A DNA stretch of 64,000 nucleotides from Alphaproteobacteria bacterium (GCA_965203915.1 OZ241918.1:1013937-1077936); one strand, 5' to 3'. Positions 21,897 to 32,302 are shown, numbered from the stretch's first letter. Made by a program: numbers and translations. The notes: generated by a model from the letters alone, not told the origin.

Positions 21897-23204
21897 ATGA
21901 ACGACAATCAAAAAGACAAGAGCCCAACCAGCAGTCCCGTTGTGATATCTGTGCCCACATCAAGTGGCAGCCCCAGTGCGCCCGCAAATGGTGGCGCAAC
22001 GCCCGCTGGCGTGATTAATATGGGTGCTCCCAAACCTGCTGCGCCCCCTACTGCGCCCATTGCTTTAGGAAATATTAACAAACCATCTTCGCCCATGCCT
22101 TCTCCCGTGCCCACGCCATCTTCTTTATCTTCTGGGAATAACCCTGCAAATATCGGCTTTTCCGCCACACCGCCTGCGCCACGCCCTGCTATGAACCCTA
22201 CCATGCCAAGTGCCATGCCTGTATTGCCACCATCCAATCCTGCGCAAGCCAACCCCATGTCTACGTCCCATGCCCCCATGCCAACCCAACCGACTGTCGC
22301 GGGTAAAGATTTCCAAGCCTTGATGAAAGAAATGCAAAATATCAACCAAAGCCGTGGCCCTGCCGCGCCCGCCGCTGGCCCCGTTGCTGGTGGACTCATG
22401 AACCTTGGTTCGCCCGTCGCACCACAATCACAACCTGGCTTGTCGCAGGCTGCCGCCCCCAAGGTTTATGCCGCAAAAAACGACAGCACCGCGCTATCGA
22501 CTGGTGATGACGATGGTTATTATGGCGATGATTATTATGGCGCACCCCCGCCGATGTCGCCCATGATGAAATTATTCTTTGCGATGCAAACCTTGGTTAG
22601 CATCATCATGGTTGTGTTGTTGGTTATGATATTTAATATGTTTTCTAGCATGAAAAATCAATCCATCACCGCCGACAGCATGAAAAATGTCTTGCAGTCA
22701 TTTGTCGATGGCATTGCCAATCAAAACAAGGCTTTGATGGATAGTTTCGCAACCAAAATGGACGAAGTGGAAAAAACCATCGCAACCATGAATGAGGGCG
22801 CAACCAAAACCCAAGAAGCCCTTGATACTATTTCTAAAAAATTGGACAAAGCCATTAGCCGCCCCCCTGTGGCCGCCCCCGCCAAACCAGTGGTCAAGAA
22901 GAAAGCCGCCCCCGCGATTGAGGACAGCTTGCCCACACCAATGTCCCCCGTTGGTCCAACAAACAACAATATGCCCGCCCTGCCCAACAATCCCAATATT
23001 TCACCTAACCTGCCTGGGTTAGATAACTTAAACGATCTACCCAACCTACCCCCCTTGCCGACTGTCCCACAAAGCAAGGCGCCAGGCGGCACTATAGGCG
23101 GGCAACCCAACCAGCAGGTTAAATTTGGCCCCAATAATTATAATGACAGTTTTCAACTGCCGCCCTTGCCCGAGCCAACCCCCAATCTTTTCCCTAATAA
23201 TTAA
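21897..23204 (+). CDS. Pro/Ala/Ser-rich bitopic membrane protein (low-complexity N- and C-terminal regions, one central TM helix plus coiled-coil)
   Basis: Likely start MNDNQKDK at 21897; the track ORF starts at 21777. The N-terminal ~225 aa are P/A/S-rich with an acidic DDDGYYGDDYYG patch. A TM helix (MMKLFFAMQTLVSIIMVVLLVMIF) follows, then a helical segment of about 90 aa, then a Pro-rich C-terminus (LPNLPPLPTVP). Confidence 0.55.
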   Translation: MNDNQKDKSPTSSPVVISVPTSSGSPSAPANGGATPAGVINMGAPKPAAPPTAPIALGNINKPSSPMPSPVPTPSSLSSGNNPANIGFSATPPAPRPAMNPTMPSAMPVLPPSNPAQANPMSTSHAPMPTQPTVAGKDFQALMKEMQNINQSRGPAAPAAGPVAGGLMNLGSPVAPQSQPGLSQAAAPKVYAAKNDSTALSTGDDDGYYGDDYYGAPPPMSPMMKLFFAMQTLVSIIMVVLLVMIFNMFSSMKNQSITADSMKNVLQSFVDGIANQNKALMDSFATKMDEVEKTIATMNEGATKTQEALDTISKKLDKAISRPPVAAPAKPVVKKKAAPAIEDSLPTPMSPVGPTNNNMPALPNNPNISPNLPGLDNLNDLPNLPPLPTVPQSKAPGGTIGGQPNQQVKFGPNNYNDSFQLPPLPEPTPNLFPNN

Positions 23205-23303
23205 TTCCTACCGCAATACCACGATGGTGGTGTTTGATATGATTTGAACGGTGGTAGCAAACACCCCTAAAATTGCAAACAAAATGGTTAGCCAGGCCTA
23301 AGC

Positions 23304-24815
23304 TTGATTCTACTTAATCACATGATAGATATTGATAACATTCCGCAGGTAGAAGAATTTCTGCGCCCGCTAGCAGCAAACCAGGTCGTTGCTGATAAAT
23401 GTTTGTTGGTTGATAAAAAACATGCCAAGGATTTTTTATCAACGCTGAATGATGAACAAAAAAATTATTTACAGCATTGCGGCTTTCCTCATAAGAGCGA
23501 GGAATTATATTATGTAACTGGCGATAAGGAAAACTTATTTATTTATTTGTTTGAAAGCAACCTGTGGCAGGACGAGGTCAATAAAAAAGACAGCGACGAT
23601 TATCATCCGCTGAGTTTTGCACCACTCCCTTCCCTGCTTGGCAAGGGTTATGATAAAACAACATCAAAAAATTCTATCCTGCTTGCATTTTTTCGTGCGC
23701 CAACCAACGCCCAAGCCGTGAAAAATTGCCTCTACGGTATTGGTTTAGGTTTTTATGATTTTACAGATTTCAAAAAAAAATCCCATGCCCCTGCTGTTAT
23801 TTTTTATTTCGATAAGGATGAATTTTCTATCGAAGAAGCGGCATGGCAAGAAATCTCTTCCCTTATTTTTGTAAATCATTTTTGCCGCCATCTTATTAAT
23901 ATGCCGCCCAATCATTTAGGACCCGAAGAATTCCAACATTTTTTTACCAGCCTGTTGAAACAAACCAATGCTAAATCTCACATTTTTTTGGGCGATGAGT
24001 TAAAAAATAATTTTCCGCTTATCGATGCGGTGGGTAAAGGTTCGCGCCGCGCACCGCGATTGTTAGAATGTAATTGGGGGGCGCCGCATCATAAAAAAAT
24101 ATGCTTGATAGGCAAAGGCGTGTGTTTTGATAGCGGTGGATTAAATTTAAAATCCGCGGGCGGCATGTGGTTAATGAAAAAAGATATGGGCGGTGCGGCC
24201 ATTGCCTTGGCTTTAGCTTACCTGATTATCAAAAATAATTTACCTTATCAATTGCAACTACTTCTCCCGCTCGCCGAAAATTTGCCCGATGGTAACAGTT
24301 ATCGTCCGTCAGATATTCTAACCGCGCGCAATGGCACGCATATAGAAGTTGGAGACACCGATGCCGAAGGCCGATTGTTGTTGGCCGATAGTCTTGCCTA
24401 CGGCGGCGAGCAAACCCCCCATATGGTCATCGATATAGCAACCTTGACGGGTGCGGCGCGGGTGGCGGTGGGCACGGGTATATCGGCTTTTTTTTGTGAT
24501 GACAAATCGACATCCAATGATTTGCTCGAACATGGTAATCGCTGGCATGATTACATGTGGCCTTTACCATTGCATCGCCCCTACACCACCATGCTGTCCA
24601 GCAACCATGCGGATATATCATCGACGGGTGCCGCCGACCATTACGCGGGCGCCATCACCACCGCGCTGTTTTTAAAAAAATTTGTTAATGCCAAAAGCGA
24701 CTGGCTGCATATCGACACCATGGCATGGAACCTCCATGGTAAAATTGGCTACGGCGTTGGCGGCGCGGCCATGTCTTTGCTGGCTTGCTACCAGATGCTA
24801 AAAAACAAAAATTAA
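23304..24815 (+). CDS. pepA: Leucyl aminopeptidase (M17 family)
   Basis: M17 signature VGDTDAEGRLLLAD and metal-ligand region; 503 aa. Confidence 0.85.
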   Translation: MILLNHMIDIDNIPQVEEFLRPLAANQVVADKCLLVDKKHAKDFLSTLNDEQKNYLQHCGFPHKSEELYYVTGDKENLFIYLFESNLWQDEVNKKDSDDYHPLSFAPLPSLLGKGYDKTTSKNSILLAFFRAPTNAQAVKNCLYGIGLGFYDFTDFKKKSHAPAVIFYFDKDEFSIEEAAWQEISSLIFVNHFCRHLINMPPNHLGPEEFQHFFTSLLKQTNAKSHIFLGDELKNNFPLIDAVGKGSRRAPRLLECNWGAPHHKKICLIGKGVCFDSGGLNLKSAGGMWLMKKDMGGAAIALALAYLIIKNNLPYQLQLLLPLAENLPDGNSYRPSDILTARNGTHIEVGDTDAEGRLLLADSLAYGGEQTPHMVIDIATLTGAARVAVGTGISAFFCDDKSTSNDLLEHGNRWHDYMWPLPLHRPYTTMLSSNHADISSTGAADHYAGAITTALFLKKFVNAKSDWLHIDTMAWNLHGKIGYGVGGAAMSLLACYQMLKNKN

Positions 24816-26281
24816 AGCGGTATGGCGATGGAAAAAACCGCGCCACCCAAATCATTATCTTTGCCGACTGTAATATTGCCGCCGTGCGCCAACACAATAT
24901 CGCGCGCAATGGCCAGGCCCAATCCATAGCCGCCCTCATTGCTCGAACTATCTTTTTTATTTTTATTGGCGGATGATTTCCTCTTCGATTGATGCAATTT
25001 TATCGACTGGTCATAAGATTTTACTTGATAAAAAGCTTCAAAGATTTTTTCTCTTTCCTCAAGGGCGATACCCTTGCCATTGTCAGCAATGTTAAAAATA
25101 ATATAGGATTCATTATTTTTTATATCATCTTTTTTAGCAATGGAGATATTAACCTGGCTAGCATTTTTGAGTGCATTACCAATGATGTTGTCCAAACAAC
25201 GGCGCATGGCATGTTCGCGAATCAATATTTTTTGTCCTGCCTCCAAATCAAAAAATGCCTGGAGTTGTTTTTTTTGTTTTTTGGCTTCTGGTCGCCAGCT
25301 TGCCACAATCTCGTTAACAAAAGATTTTATATCCAGCGAAGATAATTTTTCATTCTCTTCACCCTTGGCAAATTTTAAATACAATTCTATCATCCTTTCC
25401 ATGTCGGCTAAATTATTTTTCATTTTATCGATGACCTCTTTGTATTTTGTATCGCTTTCTATAAAAGCCAAATTCAAACGTAATTTGGTCAATGGGGTGC
25501 GCAAATCGTGCGAAACCCCCGCCAGCATGGTGGTGCGTTGTTTTAATTGATAATATATACGCTTCATCATTTGATTAAATGACCGAGCAACCATTCTTAC
25601 CTCGCGCGCGCCCCTGATAGGAATATTTTTATGATTGGTAAGATTATCCAAATGCCGCCCCTTGCCAAAATCATCGGCCATGATGGACAAGGCAATGATG
25701 GGGCGCACCTGCATATAAAGGAAATACCCCGCCAAGCTAGATAACACGATGCCGCTGATAAGCAACCAGTATAAAAACAATTGGATGCTGTTATCAAACA
25801 CCCGACCTGCTGGCACAATAAAAAAATAATAAGATTCTTCATATTGTTGGGAAGGCACACCAATCGCAACATTGTGTTTGTCGCCGTAATAGGCCAACCG
25901 CGAAGGTCGTTGCAAGAAATTGCTCAATGATCTTTCTAACCGCGAACGTTGGCGGTTAACAGGTAGTTTTGGCAATTTTTTAAAATTGCTTTCATTGTCA
26001 ACAATAATTTTAACATCAAAAACATTGTTTCTTTTTTTATTATAACGTTGCAAATACTTCGGGTCATTTTCTAATTCACGATAGAAAAATGTAACCTCGC
26101 TCGCCAAATTATCTGCCAATTTATAATTAACAAATCGCCAATGTTTATCATGAAAAACATACAGCGCCACCCCCTCCACCAAAACCATGGTTATCAGCAA
26201 TATTAACAAGGAGCGCGTCCAGATGCTCTGGGGCAATATCATCGTTGCTACATTTTTAAAAAAAATTTTTATCCTATTCAT
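24812..26281 (-). CDS. Sensor histidine kinase (EnvZ/ChvG-like; two TM helices, HAMP, HisKA, HATPase)
   Basis: H-box LAGVSHDLRTPLT, G-box GGYGLGLAIARDIV, and two N-terminal hydrophobic helices. Confidence 0.85.
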   Translation of the reverse strand: MNRIKIFFKNVATMILPQSIWTRSLLILLITMVLVEGVALYVFHDKHWRFVNYKLADNLASEVTFFYRELENDPKYLQRYNKKRNNVFDVKIIVDNESNFKKLPKLPVNRQRSRLERSLSNFLQRPSRLAYYGDKHNVAIGVPSQQYEESYYFFIVPAGRVFDNSIQLFLYWLLISGIVLSSLAGYFLYMQVRPIIALSIMADDFGKGRHLDNLTNHKNIPIRGAREVRMVARSFNQMMKRIYYQLKQRTTMLAGVSHDLRTPLTKLRLNLAFIESDTKYKEVIDKMKNNLADMERMIELYLKFAKGEENEKLSSLDIKSFVNEIVASWRPEAKKQKKQLQAFFDLEAGQKILIREHAMRRCLDNIIGNALKNASQVNISIAKKDDIKNNESYIIFNIADNGKGIALEEREKIFEAFYQVKSYDQSIKLHQSKRKSSANKNKKDSSSNEGGYGLGLAIARDIVLAHGGNITVGKDNDLGGAVFSIAIPL

Positions 26282-26990
26282 TATCCACCCTCATCTCATA
26301 ACCCTTATGACGAATGGTTACCAAATATTCTGGTCTATCATTGCGGTCGCCAATTTTTTGCCTGATGCGCGCAATATGCACGTCGATGCTTCGCTCGCCG
26401 CCCAGTATAATTTGCGACAAATTTAATTCTTCACGACTCACCGCGCGCCCCGCCCTCTCAAGCAAATAACAAAAAAGCCGTTCCTCGGCCGATGTTAAAT
26501 AAACCCGCTCGCCATCCACCGTCAATTTCTTTTTGGCCCTGTCAAATTGGCCACGGCCAAATTTTACAATATTATTTATCGACCCTTGCGCGATGCTGCG
26601 TTTTATAATATTGGCCAATCGCAACACCAATTCGGCGGGTTCAAACGGTTTTGCCAAATAATCATCGGCACCAGCGGAAAGACCCAAAACCCGATTGTCG
26701 GATTCTTGCCCCATCGCCGTCAGCATAATAACAGGGATATTGTTATGGGCGGCGCGCCATTCTTTTAATAACGCTAAGCCATCTTGCTCGGGCATTTGAA
26801 CATCGAGCACCACGGCAGAAAAATGATGCTTGGTAAGCATCATTTTTGCTTGCTTGGCGGATAAGGCGGTGTAGCAAAAAAAATTTTGCTGATTCAAATA
26901 TTTTTTTAATAAATCGCATAGTTCGGGGTCGTCATCAACCACCAGCACAAGCGGCCTGTAACCCAAATTGTCGCTTACTACATTGTCCAT
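26274..26990 (-). CDS. OmpR-family response regulator
   Basis: Receiver domain (VLVVDDD...VVLDVQMP..D..KPF) plus a C-terminal winged-helix domain (LTS.E..LF..L). It overlaps the histidine kinase start by 8 bp. Confidence 0.85.
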   Translation of the reverse strand: MDNVVSDNLGYRPLVLVVDDDPELCDLLKKYLNQQNFFCYTALSAKQAKMMLTKHHFSAVVLDVQMPEQDGLALLKEWRAAHNNIPVIMLTAMGQESDNRVLGLSAGADDYLAKPFEPAELVLRLANIIKRSIAQGSINNIVKFGRGQFDRAKKKLTVDGERVYLTSAEERLFCYLLERAGRAVSREELNLSQIILGGERSIDVHIARIRQKIGDRNDRPEYLVTIRHKGYEMRVDNE

Positions 26991-27427
26991 TACATTTTTT
27001 TATTGGGCTGATTATAAAGCAATTTGATAACCTTGACAAATCCTGCTACCGATTCCATGCCTGCTTGCTGATAAACCTCTGACATTTTTTTTCCCGCCGT
27101 TGCCATCATCTGCTGCGCCACCTTGGCTCCCTCGCTATTTAAATAATATATTTTTTGCCGTCCATCAATATTGGATATTTTTTCCTCTATCCATTTTTTT
27201 TCTTTTATTTTATGCAATCTTTTATGCAAAGCCTGTTTAGAAATAACCAACTCGCTTGCCAATTTTTTGGCGGTTTTGGGAAAAGTTAGCAGCAATATCA
27301 TTTCATCCATATCACCTTGGGACGTATGATTAACAATGACCGAACGCAAATTATAAAAAACCTGATACAATAGCCGCAGATTATCCTCTACCTCGCTCGA
27401 TGATAAAAACAAAGGATTGGTTTTCAT
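26990..27427 (-). CDS. MarR-family transcriptional regulator
   Basis: 145 aa with a winged-helix pattern (...LTFPKTAKKLASELVISKQALHKRL...). It has a 1-nt stop/start overlap with the response regulator. Confidence 0.65.
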   Translation of the reverse strand: MKTNPLFLSSSEVEDNLRLLYQVFYNLRSVIVNHTSQGDMDEMILLLTFPKTAKKLASELVISKQALHKRLHKIKEKKWIEEKISNIDGRQKIYYLNSEGAKVAQQMMATAGKKMSEVYQQAGMESVAGFVKVIKLLYNQPNKKM

Positions 27428-27450
27428 TTTTCCTTTTTTCTTATGTTGGA

Positions 27451-29883
27451 TTATTCGTTGCCGCTCTCGATGCTATAACCTGTTCTAAAATATTCGCGCT
27501 CGGCCTTATCCAACATTGCTTTGGTGGTGGGTTGTAAAATGGTTTTGCCGGTATAGCCTGGTTGCCAATCTTCCCACCGCATGCGCACTTTTAAAATACC
27601 TGCTGGCGCGTAAAACCCTCCACCCTTTCTAATCGTCATGTAATTGCGCATGAAGTCTTTGTAAATGGGCACGGCAATACTTGCCCCTTGTTCTTGCGCC
27701 CCCGTCACAGGGTTGATACCAAGACTAGTCGGCTTATCAAACCCTGTCCAAACCCCAACAACAATATCGGGTAATAATCCGATAAAGAGGGAATCTTGGT
27801 TATCATTGGTCGTTCCCGTTTTGCCCGCAACGCCAAGCCCTAACTCCGCCAAGGACGCCCCCGTGCCGCGATAAACAACCCCCTGCATCATATCGATAAT
27901 TATATAAGCCAAGGCGGGGCTGATAATATTTTTACGGTCATCAATAATAACAGGGGGCGTTTGACCATTGTAATTATCAGCAAGACAATTCTTGCATTCG
28001 CGTGTGTCGCCGCGCCCCACCGTTTTGCCATAACGATCTTGTATCCTATCTATACGGGTTAATTTTATATCCTTACCATAATTGGCAACAATAGCATAAG
28101 CACGCATTAGTTTTTCTAATGGCGTTGCGGCGCTGCCCAATACCATCGATGGATAATTTAACTGGCGGTCATAAATTCCTAAGCGATTAAACAATGCCCC
28201 AACTTTGCCAAAGCCAGTATCTTGCGCTATACGCACCGTCATACGATTACGCGAATGTTCAACGCCATAGCGCAGTGGCCTTTCATCGCCCGTATCGGCC
28301 TCGTCGCCATCAAAATTATCGGGTATCCATGTTTCGGTAGGGCTTTCAACAATCACTTCCGAGTCAGAAACGGTTTCAAAGGGATTAGCAGCGCCCGTTT
28401 CTAACGCCGCCAAATAAGCCAATGGTTTGATAGCCGAGCCAGGTTGGCGGTTGGCCTGACTGGCGCGATTAAATTTGCTTGCCTCGTATGACCAGCCCCC
28501 GACCTCGGCCAAGACACGCCCGGTTTTTGGTTCGATAGCAATGGCCGCCCCCTGGATCCCAGGTATCTGTTCTAATAAAAAATTATTATCTTCAAGCGGT
28601 GAAACCAATATCACCGAACCAATCGGTAAACTCTCCACCACGGCATTAATTTCCTTGCCCTCTAACCTGGTGCCTGTTTTGTTTTCAAAATACTCGCGCC
28701 CCATGGCGGCATTTTCATATTTTAAACGCCCTTTTTCGCCATTCTCAAGCACGACATTAAAATAACCGCCAGGGTCAGAAACCACAACAGCTCGCAACCA
28801 ATCAGCCAAACGCCCGTCAGCGGGAATATCGGCCAACTGTTGCCAGCCTATGCCAGGCGAAACCTTAAGCGGGCCGCGAAAACCATGGCGTCTGTCATAA
28901 TCGCGCAGCGATTTATGCAAGGCCTGCACCAAATATAATTGCACCCGATTATCAAGCGTGGTGCGGATGGAATAACCACCACCAACCATACGAATGCCAG
29001 GAAAGCTTTTTTGTAATTCTTGGCGCATGCTGTCTATGAAATATTCGCTATTAACCGAATTTTCGTTGGTAACAAATGCCTTTAATTCTTTGTTGCTCGC
29101 CACTTCCTTAACGTCTTTGGCAATAAACCCCATTTGATACATTCTATCTATTACCCAATTACGGCGTGCCACCGCGGCATTATAAAATTTGGTTGGGTTA
29201 TAATTGTTGGGCCCCTTGGGCAAGGCCGCCAAATAAGCTATCTCATCCACGCTCAATTTATCCAAATTCTTATGGAAATAATTTTGCGCGGCGGCGGAAA
29301 CGCCGTAGGAACGGTTGCCCAAAAATATCTGATTAAGATAAAGCTCCAATATCTTATTTTTATCCAAAGAACGCTCTAGTTTGATAGCAACCACGACCTC
29401 GTTAAATTTTCTAAATACCGACAGGTCGCTAGAATTCAACACGATATTGCGTGCCACCTGCTGGGTGATGGTCGAAGCACCCTCTGGCCGTCGCCCATCA
29501 ATCAGGGCGGGTATCAACCGCACGAAAGCCCGACCGATGCCAATAAAATCAATACCACCATGTTCGTAGAATCGTTGGTCTTCGGCGGAGATAAAGGCTT
29601 CCTGCACCAATTTGGGGATATAATCCAACGGCACAACCACACGACTACCTTCATTAAGGTCTTTTATTATCGAACCGTCGCTGCTGTGAAGGCGGCTATT
29701 GGTTTGTAATTCTATATCGCCTATCTTTTTGACGCCTGGGATACGACCAACAAAAACCCAAGCATAAAGACCCCAAACCAAGACAAATAATACGGTGATG
29801 GATAAACCAGCCGAGGCTCCCCAAAGAAATTTTCTGAACCTTGCAGAATCGTAATAGCGATAGAAATTATCCTTATCAAGCAT
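27451..29883 (-). CDS. mrcA: Penicillin-binding protein 1A (bifunctional transglycosylase/transpeptidase)
   Basis: 810 aa with an N-terminal TM helix, glycosyltransferase motif EDQRFYEHGGID, and transpeptidase motifs SxxK, SxN and KTG. Confidence 0.9.
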   Translation of the reverse strand: MLDKDNFYRYYDSARFRKFLWGASAGLSITVLFVLVWGLYAWVFVGRIPGVKKIGDIELQTNSRLHSSDGSIIKDLNEGSRVVVPLDYIPKLVQEAFISAEDQRFYEHGGIDFIGIGRAFVRLIPALIDGRRPEGASTITQQVARNIVLNSSDLSVFRKFNEVVVAIKLERSLDKNKILELYLNQIFLGNRSYGVSAAAQNYFHKNLDKLSVDEIAYLAALPKGPNNYNPTKFYNAAVARRNWVIDRMYQMGFIAKDVKEVASNKELKAFVTNENSVNSEYFIDSMRQELQKSFPGIRMVGGGYSIRTTLDNRVQLYLVQALHKSLRDYDRRHGFRGPLKVSPGIGWQQLADIPADGRLADWLRAVVVSDPGGYFNVVLENGEKGRLKYENAAMGREYFENKTGTRLEGKEINAVVESLPIGSVILVSPLEDNNFLLEQIPGIQGAAIAIEPKTGRVLAEVGGWSYEASKFNRASQANRQPGSAIKPLAYLAALETGAANPFETVSDSEVIVESPTETWIPDNFDGDEADTGDERPLRYGVEHSRNRMTVRIAQDTGFGKVGALFNRLGIYDRQLNYPSMVLGSAATPLEKLMRAYAIVANYGKDIKLTRIDRIQDRYGKTVGRGDTRECKNCLADNYNGQTPPVIIDDRKNIISPALAYIIIDMMQGVVYRGTGASLAELGLGVAGKTGTTNDNQDSLFIGLLPDIVVGVWTGFDKPTSLGINPVTGAQEQGASIAVPIYKDFMRNYMTIRKGGGFYAPAGILKVRMRWEDWQPGYTGKTILQPTTKAMLDKAEREYFRTGYSIESGNE

Positions 29884-30089
29884 TTCAATAACCTATATGA
29901 TGTTGCCATTGAAAAATCAATAGTAACGCAACGAGTTTTGTTACATTATATTGCAAGAATGCCATGAATTCCTTGTTCCTTGCATGATTTTTGCATTATC
30001 AGCAATAATTATGTTTCTTATTTGTATTTACAGAAACATTGGATTATAAGAATGTAATTACAAATAATAAAGCGGGCGCAAATCTACCA

Positions 30090-31391
30090 ATGAAACATAT
30101 TAACAACATTACCTTGTTAAGAATAATTTTGTTATTCTTGGTGTTGCATGTTTTATGCCCCTCACCTGCTGCGGCTAGGCTTATTTATCGCACCAGTTCT
30201 AGCATCGTGATAGATGCCGAAAGTAATCGCGTGATATATGAAGACAATGCCGATGCGCTGGCTTACCCTGCTTCCTTAACCAAAACAATGACTCTGCTGT
30301 TATTGTTTGATGAGCTAAGGTCAGGACGTTGGCAACCCAATACCCTGCTCAATGTTAGTGCCAACGCCGCGCGCAAACCAAAAACCCGTTTGGGGTTACG
30401 GGCGGGGGATCAAATATCGGTGGATCTTGCTATTCGTTCTATTGTTGTATTGTCGGCCAACGACGCCGCGGTGGCGGTGGGCGAAAATATCGCGGGCAGC
30501 GAGGGCGCCTTCGCCGCGCGTATGAACAAGCGAGCCAAAGAAATTGGCATGAACCAGACCCGTTTTACCAATGCGTCTGGATTGCCCGATAAATCACAAA
30601 TTACCACCGCGCGCGATATTGCCACATTGGGGCTGTATATTTTGAATAATTACCCTCAATATTATCATTATTTTTCTTTAGATAAATTTTTATTCAGAAA
30701 TGCCACCATACGCACCCATAATCGCCTTATCGAGCATTTCGAAGGGGCAGACGGATTCAAAACGGGCTACATAGCGCGCAGCGGTTACAATTTGTTAACA
30801 TCGGCCGAGCGTAACGGCAAGAGAGTTGTGGCGGTTGTGTTGGGCGGTGGCACGGCGAGCGACCGCGATGGCATCATGTCTTTTTTGCTTGATAGGTATA
30901 TTCCCTATGCCGATACCTACACCAAAAGTTTCGACCTAGGTGCCTTTAAGGTAGCCAACGCCACCCCCCAAGAATCTTTGAAAGACGCCTACAAAAGATT
31001 TGTTAGGCCTGTCGAAACAGCTCAGCAGGCAAAGTTAAGAATGCAAAAAGCAGCCGCCCAACAACGCGCCATGGCCGAAGCCAAAAAACGCGCCGAGCTT
31101 CATAGCCAGCTCCTGGTAGCAGGCAAAAAACCAACCAGCACACCCGATGTCAAAAAACTTCAAACATCTTTGAATACTGTGCCCAATAATAATTTAAGCA
31201 ACAATAGTTCGGTTAAAAATAAAAAAGCAACACGAAGCGTAAAAATAGCCAGCAATAAAAAAACAAAACGCTCGGAGAGTCGACGCAAAAATTCAACACG
31301 TAGCCTATCAAAGGCCAACCAGTCTTCAACCAAGAAAATTGCCTTTGTCCAAAACGCCAACGCGCGTGATATCAACAAGGTTGCAAATTAA
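30090..31391 (+). CDS. dacA: D-alanyl-D-alanine carboxypeptidase (PBP5/6 family) with about 130-aa Lys/Ser/Asn-rich C-terminal tail
   Basis: Start at MKHINNITLL, which is a signal peptide (ATG at 30090). Motifs are SLTKTMT (SxxK), SAND (SxN) and KTG. The C-terminus is low-complexity and basic. Confidence 0.8.
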   Translation: MKHINNITLLRIILLFLVLHVLCPSPAAARLIYRTSSSIVIDAESNRVIYEDNADALAYPASLTKTMTLLLLFDELRSGRWQPNTLLNVSANAARKPKTRLGLRAGDQISVDLAIRSIVVLSANDAAVAVGENIAGSEGAFAARMNKRAKEIGMNQTRFTNASGLPDKSQITTARDIATLGLYILNNYPQYYHYFSLDKFLFRNATIRTHNRLIEHFEGADGFKTGYIARSGYNLLTSAERNGKRVVAVVLGGGTASDRDGIMSFLLDRYIPYADTYTKSFDLGAFKVANATPQESLKDAYKRFVRPVETAQQAKLRMQKAAAQQRAMAEAKKRAELHSQLLVAGKKPTSTPDVKKLQTSLNTVPNNNLSNNSSVKNKKATRSVKIASNKKTKRSESRRKNSTRSLSKANQSSTKKIAFVQNANARDINKVAN

Positions 31392-31422
31392 GCTGCAAAG
31401 TCCTAACATTCTGTAAAAGAAT

Positions 31423-32268
31423 ATGTCCGCTTTTCAAGCGGTGGTATTCATCATCTTGGACTATATCTACTTTACCATGTTGCTTTCATTAAAAATAATT
31501 ATCATTGCGGGATTATTTATTTGCTTATCAACCGCGGAACGCCTCTTTCCCTATCGTCATATTAAAAATCAACGCAAGCACCTGCTGGCTAACCTCGGCC
31601 TATGGGGTATTAACAGCCTGTTGTCGGTGTTTTTTATCATTGGCTTTACCGCTTACCTTACGCGTTTTACATGGGTGGAGGCTATGATAACCCGCGCCCA
31701 ATTCTTTCCGAATCCCGTTATCGCAACCGTCGTCGATTGTTTGATTTATGATTGTTATATCTATTGGTGGCATCGTTTTAATCATATCATCCCCCTATTG
31801 TGGCGATTTCATCGGGTTCATCATTTGGATGAAAATTTGGATACCACCACCGCGGTGCGGTTTCATTGGGGGGAGGTTTTGCTTTCTTCAATATGGCGCG
31901 CCCCGTTGATTATTTTGCTGGGCATGCCGCTTTCTTCGATATTAACCGCAGAAATTTTGCTTTTATGTTTTTCGCTTTTCCAACACAGCAATATCAACCT
32001 GCCGCAAAAATTGAATAAATTATTAACTTATTTTTTTGTTACCCCAACCTATCATTTTTTGCATCATGAGCCCGACCGCCGCAACACCGATTCCCACTAC
32101 GCCAATATTTTAACCATTTGGGATAGGTTATTCGGCAGTCGCGCCCATGGTCAAGCGCAGAAAAAAATGAAAAATGGTTTGCCAGGGTTGCATGATTTAC
32201 CGTTATGGCAACTTATTCTTGCGCCCTTTATTAGTATAAAAAAAATAAAACAATGGGGCGGGCGATAA
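31423..32268 (+). CDS. Fatty acid hydroxylase / sterol desaturase family membrane protein (His-box di-iron enzyme)
   Basis: His boxes HRFNH, HRVHH and HHEPD, with four or more TM helices. Confidence 0.7.
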   Translation: MSAFQAVVFIILDYIYFTMLLSLKIIIIAGLFICLSTAERLFPYRHIKNQRKHLLANLGLWGINSLLSVFFIIGFTAYLTRFTWVEAMITRAQFFPNPVIATVVDCLIYDCYIYWWHRFNHIIPLLWRFHRVHHLDENLDTTTAVRFHWGEVLLSSIWRAPLIILLGMPLSSILTAEILLLCFSLFQHSNINLPQKLNKLLTYFFVTPTYHFLHHEPDRRNTDSHYANILTIWDRLFGSRAHGQAQKKMKNGLPGLHDLPLWQLILAPFISIKKIKQWGGR

Positions 32269-32302
32269 GGGCCATAGTGGGATAGAAAACATCTTCCCTA
32301 TC

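Noticed and set aside
21908-22462. 184-aa and 100-aa minus-strand ORFs antisense to the Pro-rich gene
   Set aside because: They are produced by CCN/GCN codon richness, which reads as GGN/NGC Gly-rich antisense. The plus-strand ORF is continuous for 435 aa with a TM helix and a coiled-coil, so it is preferred.
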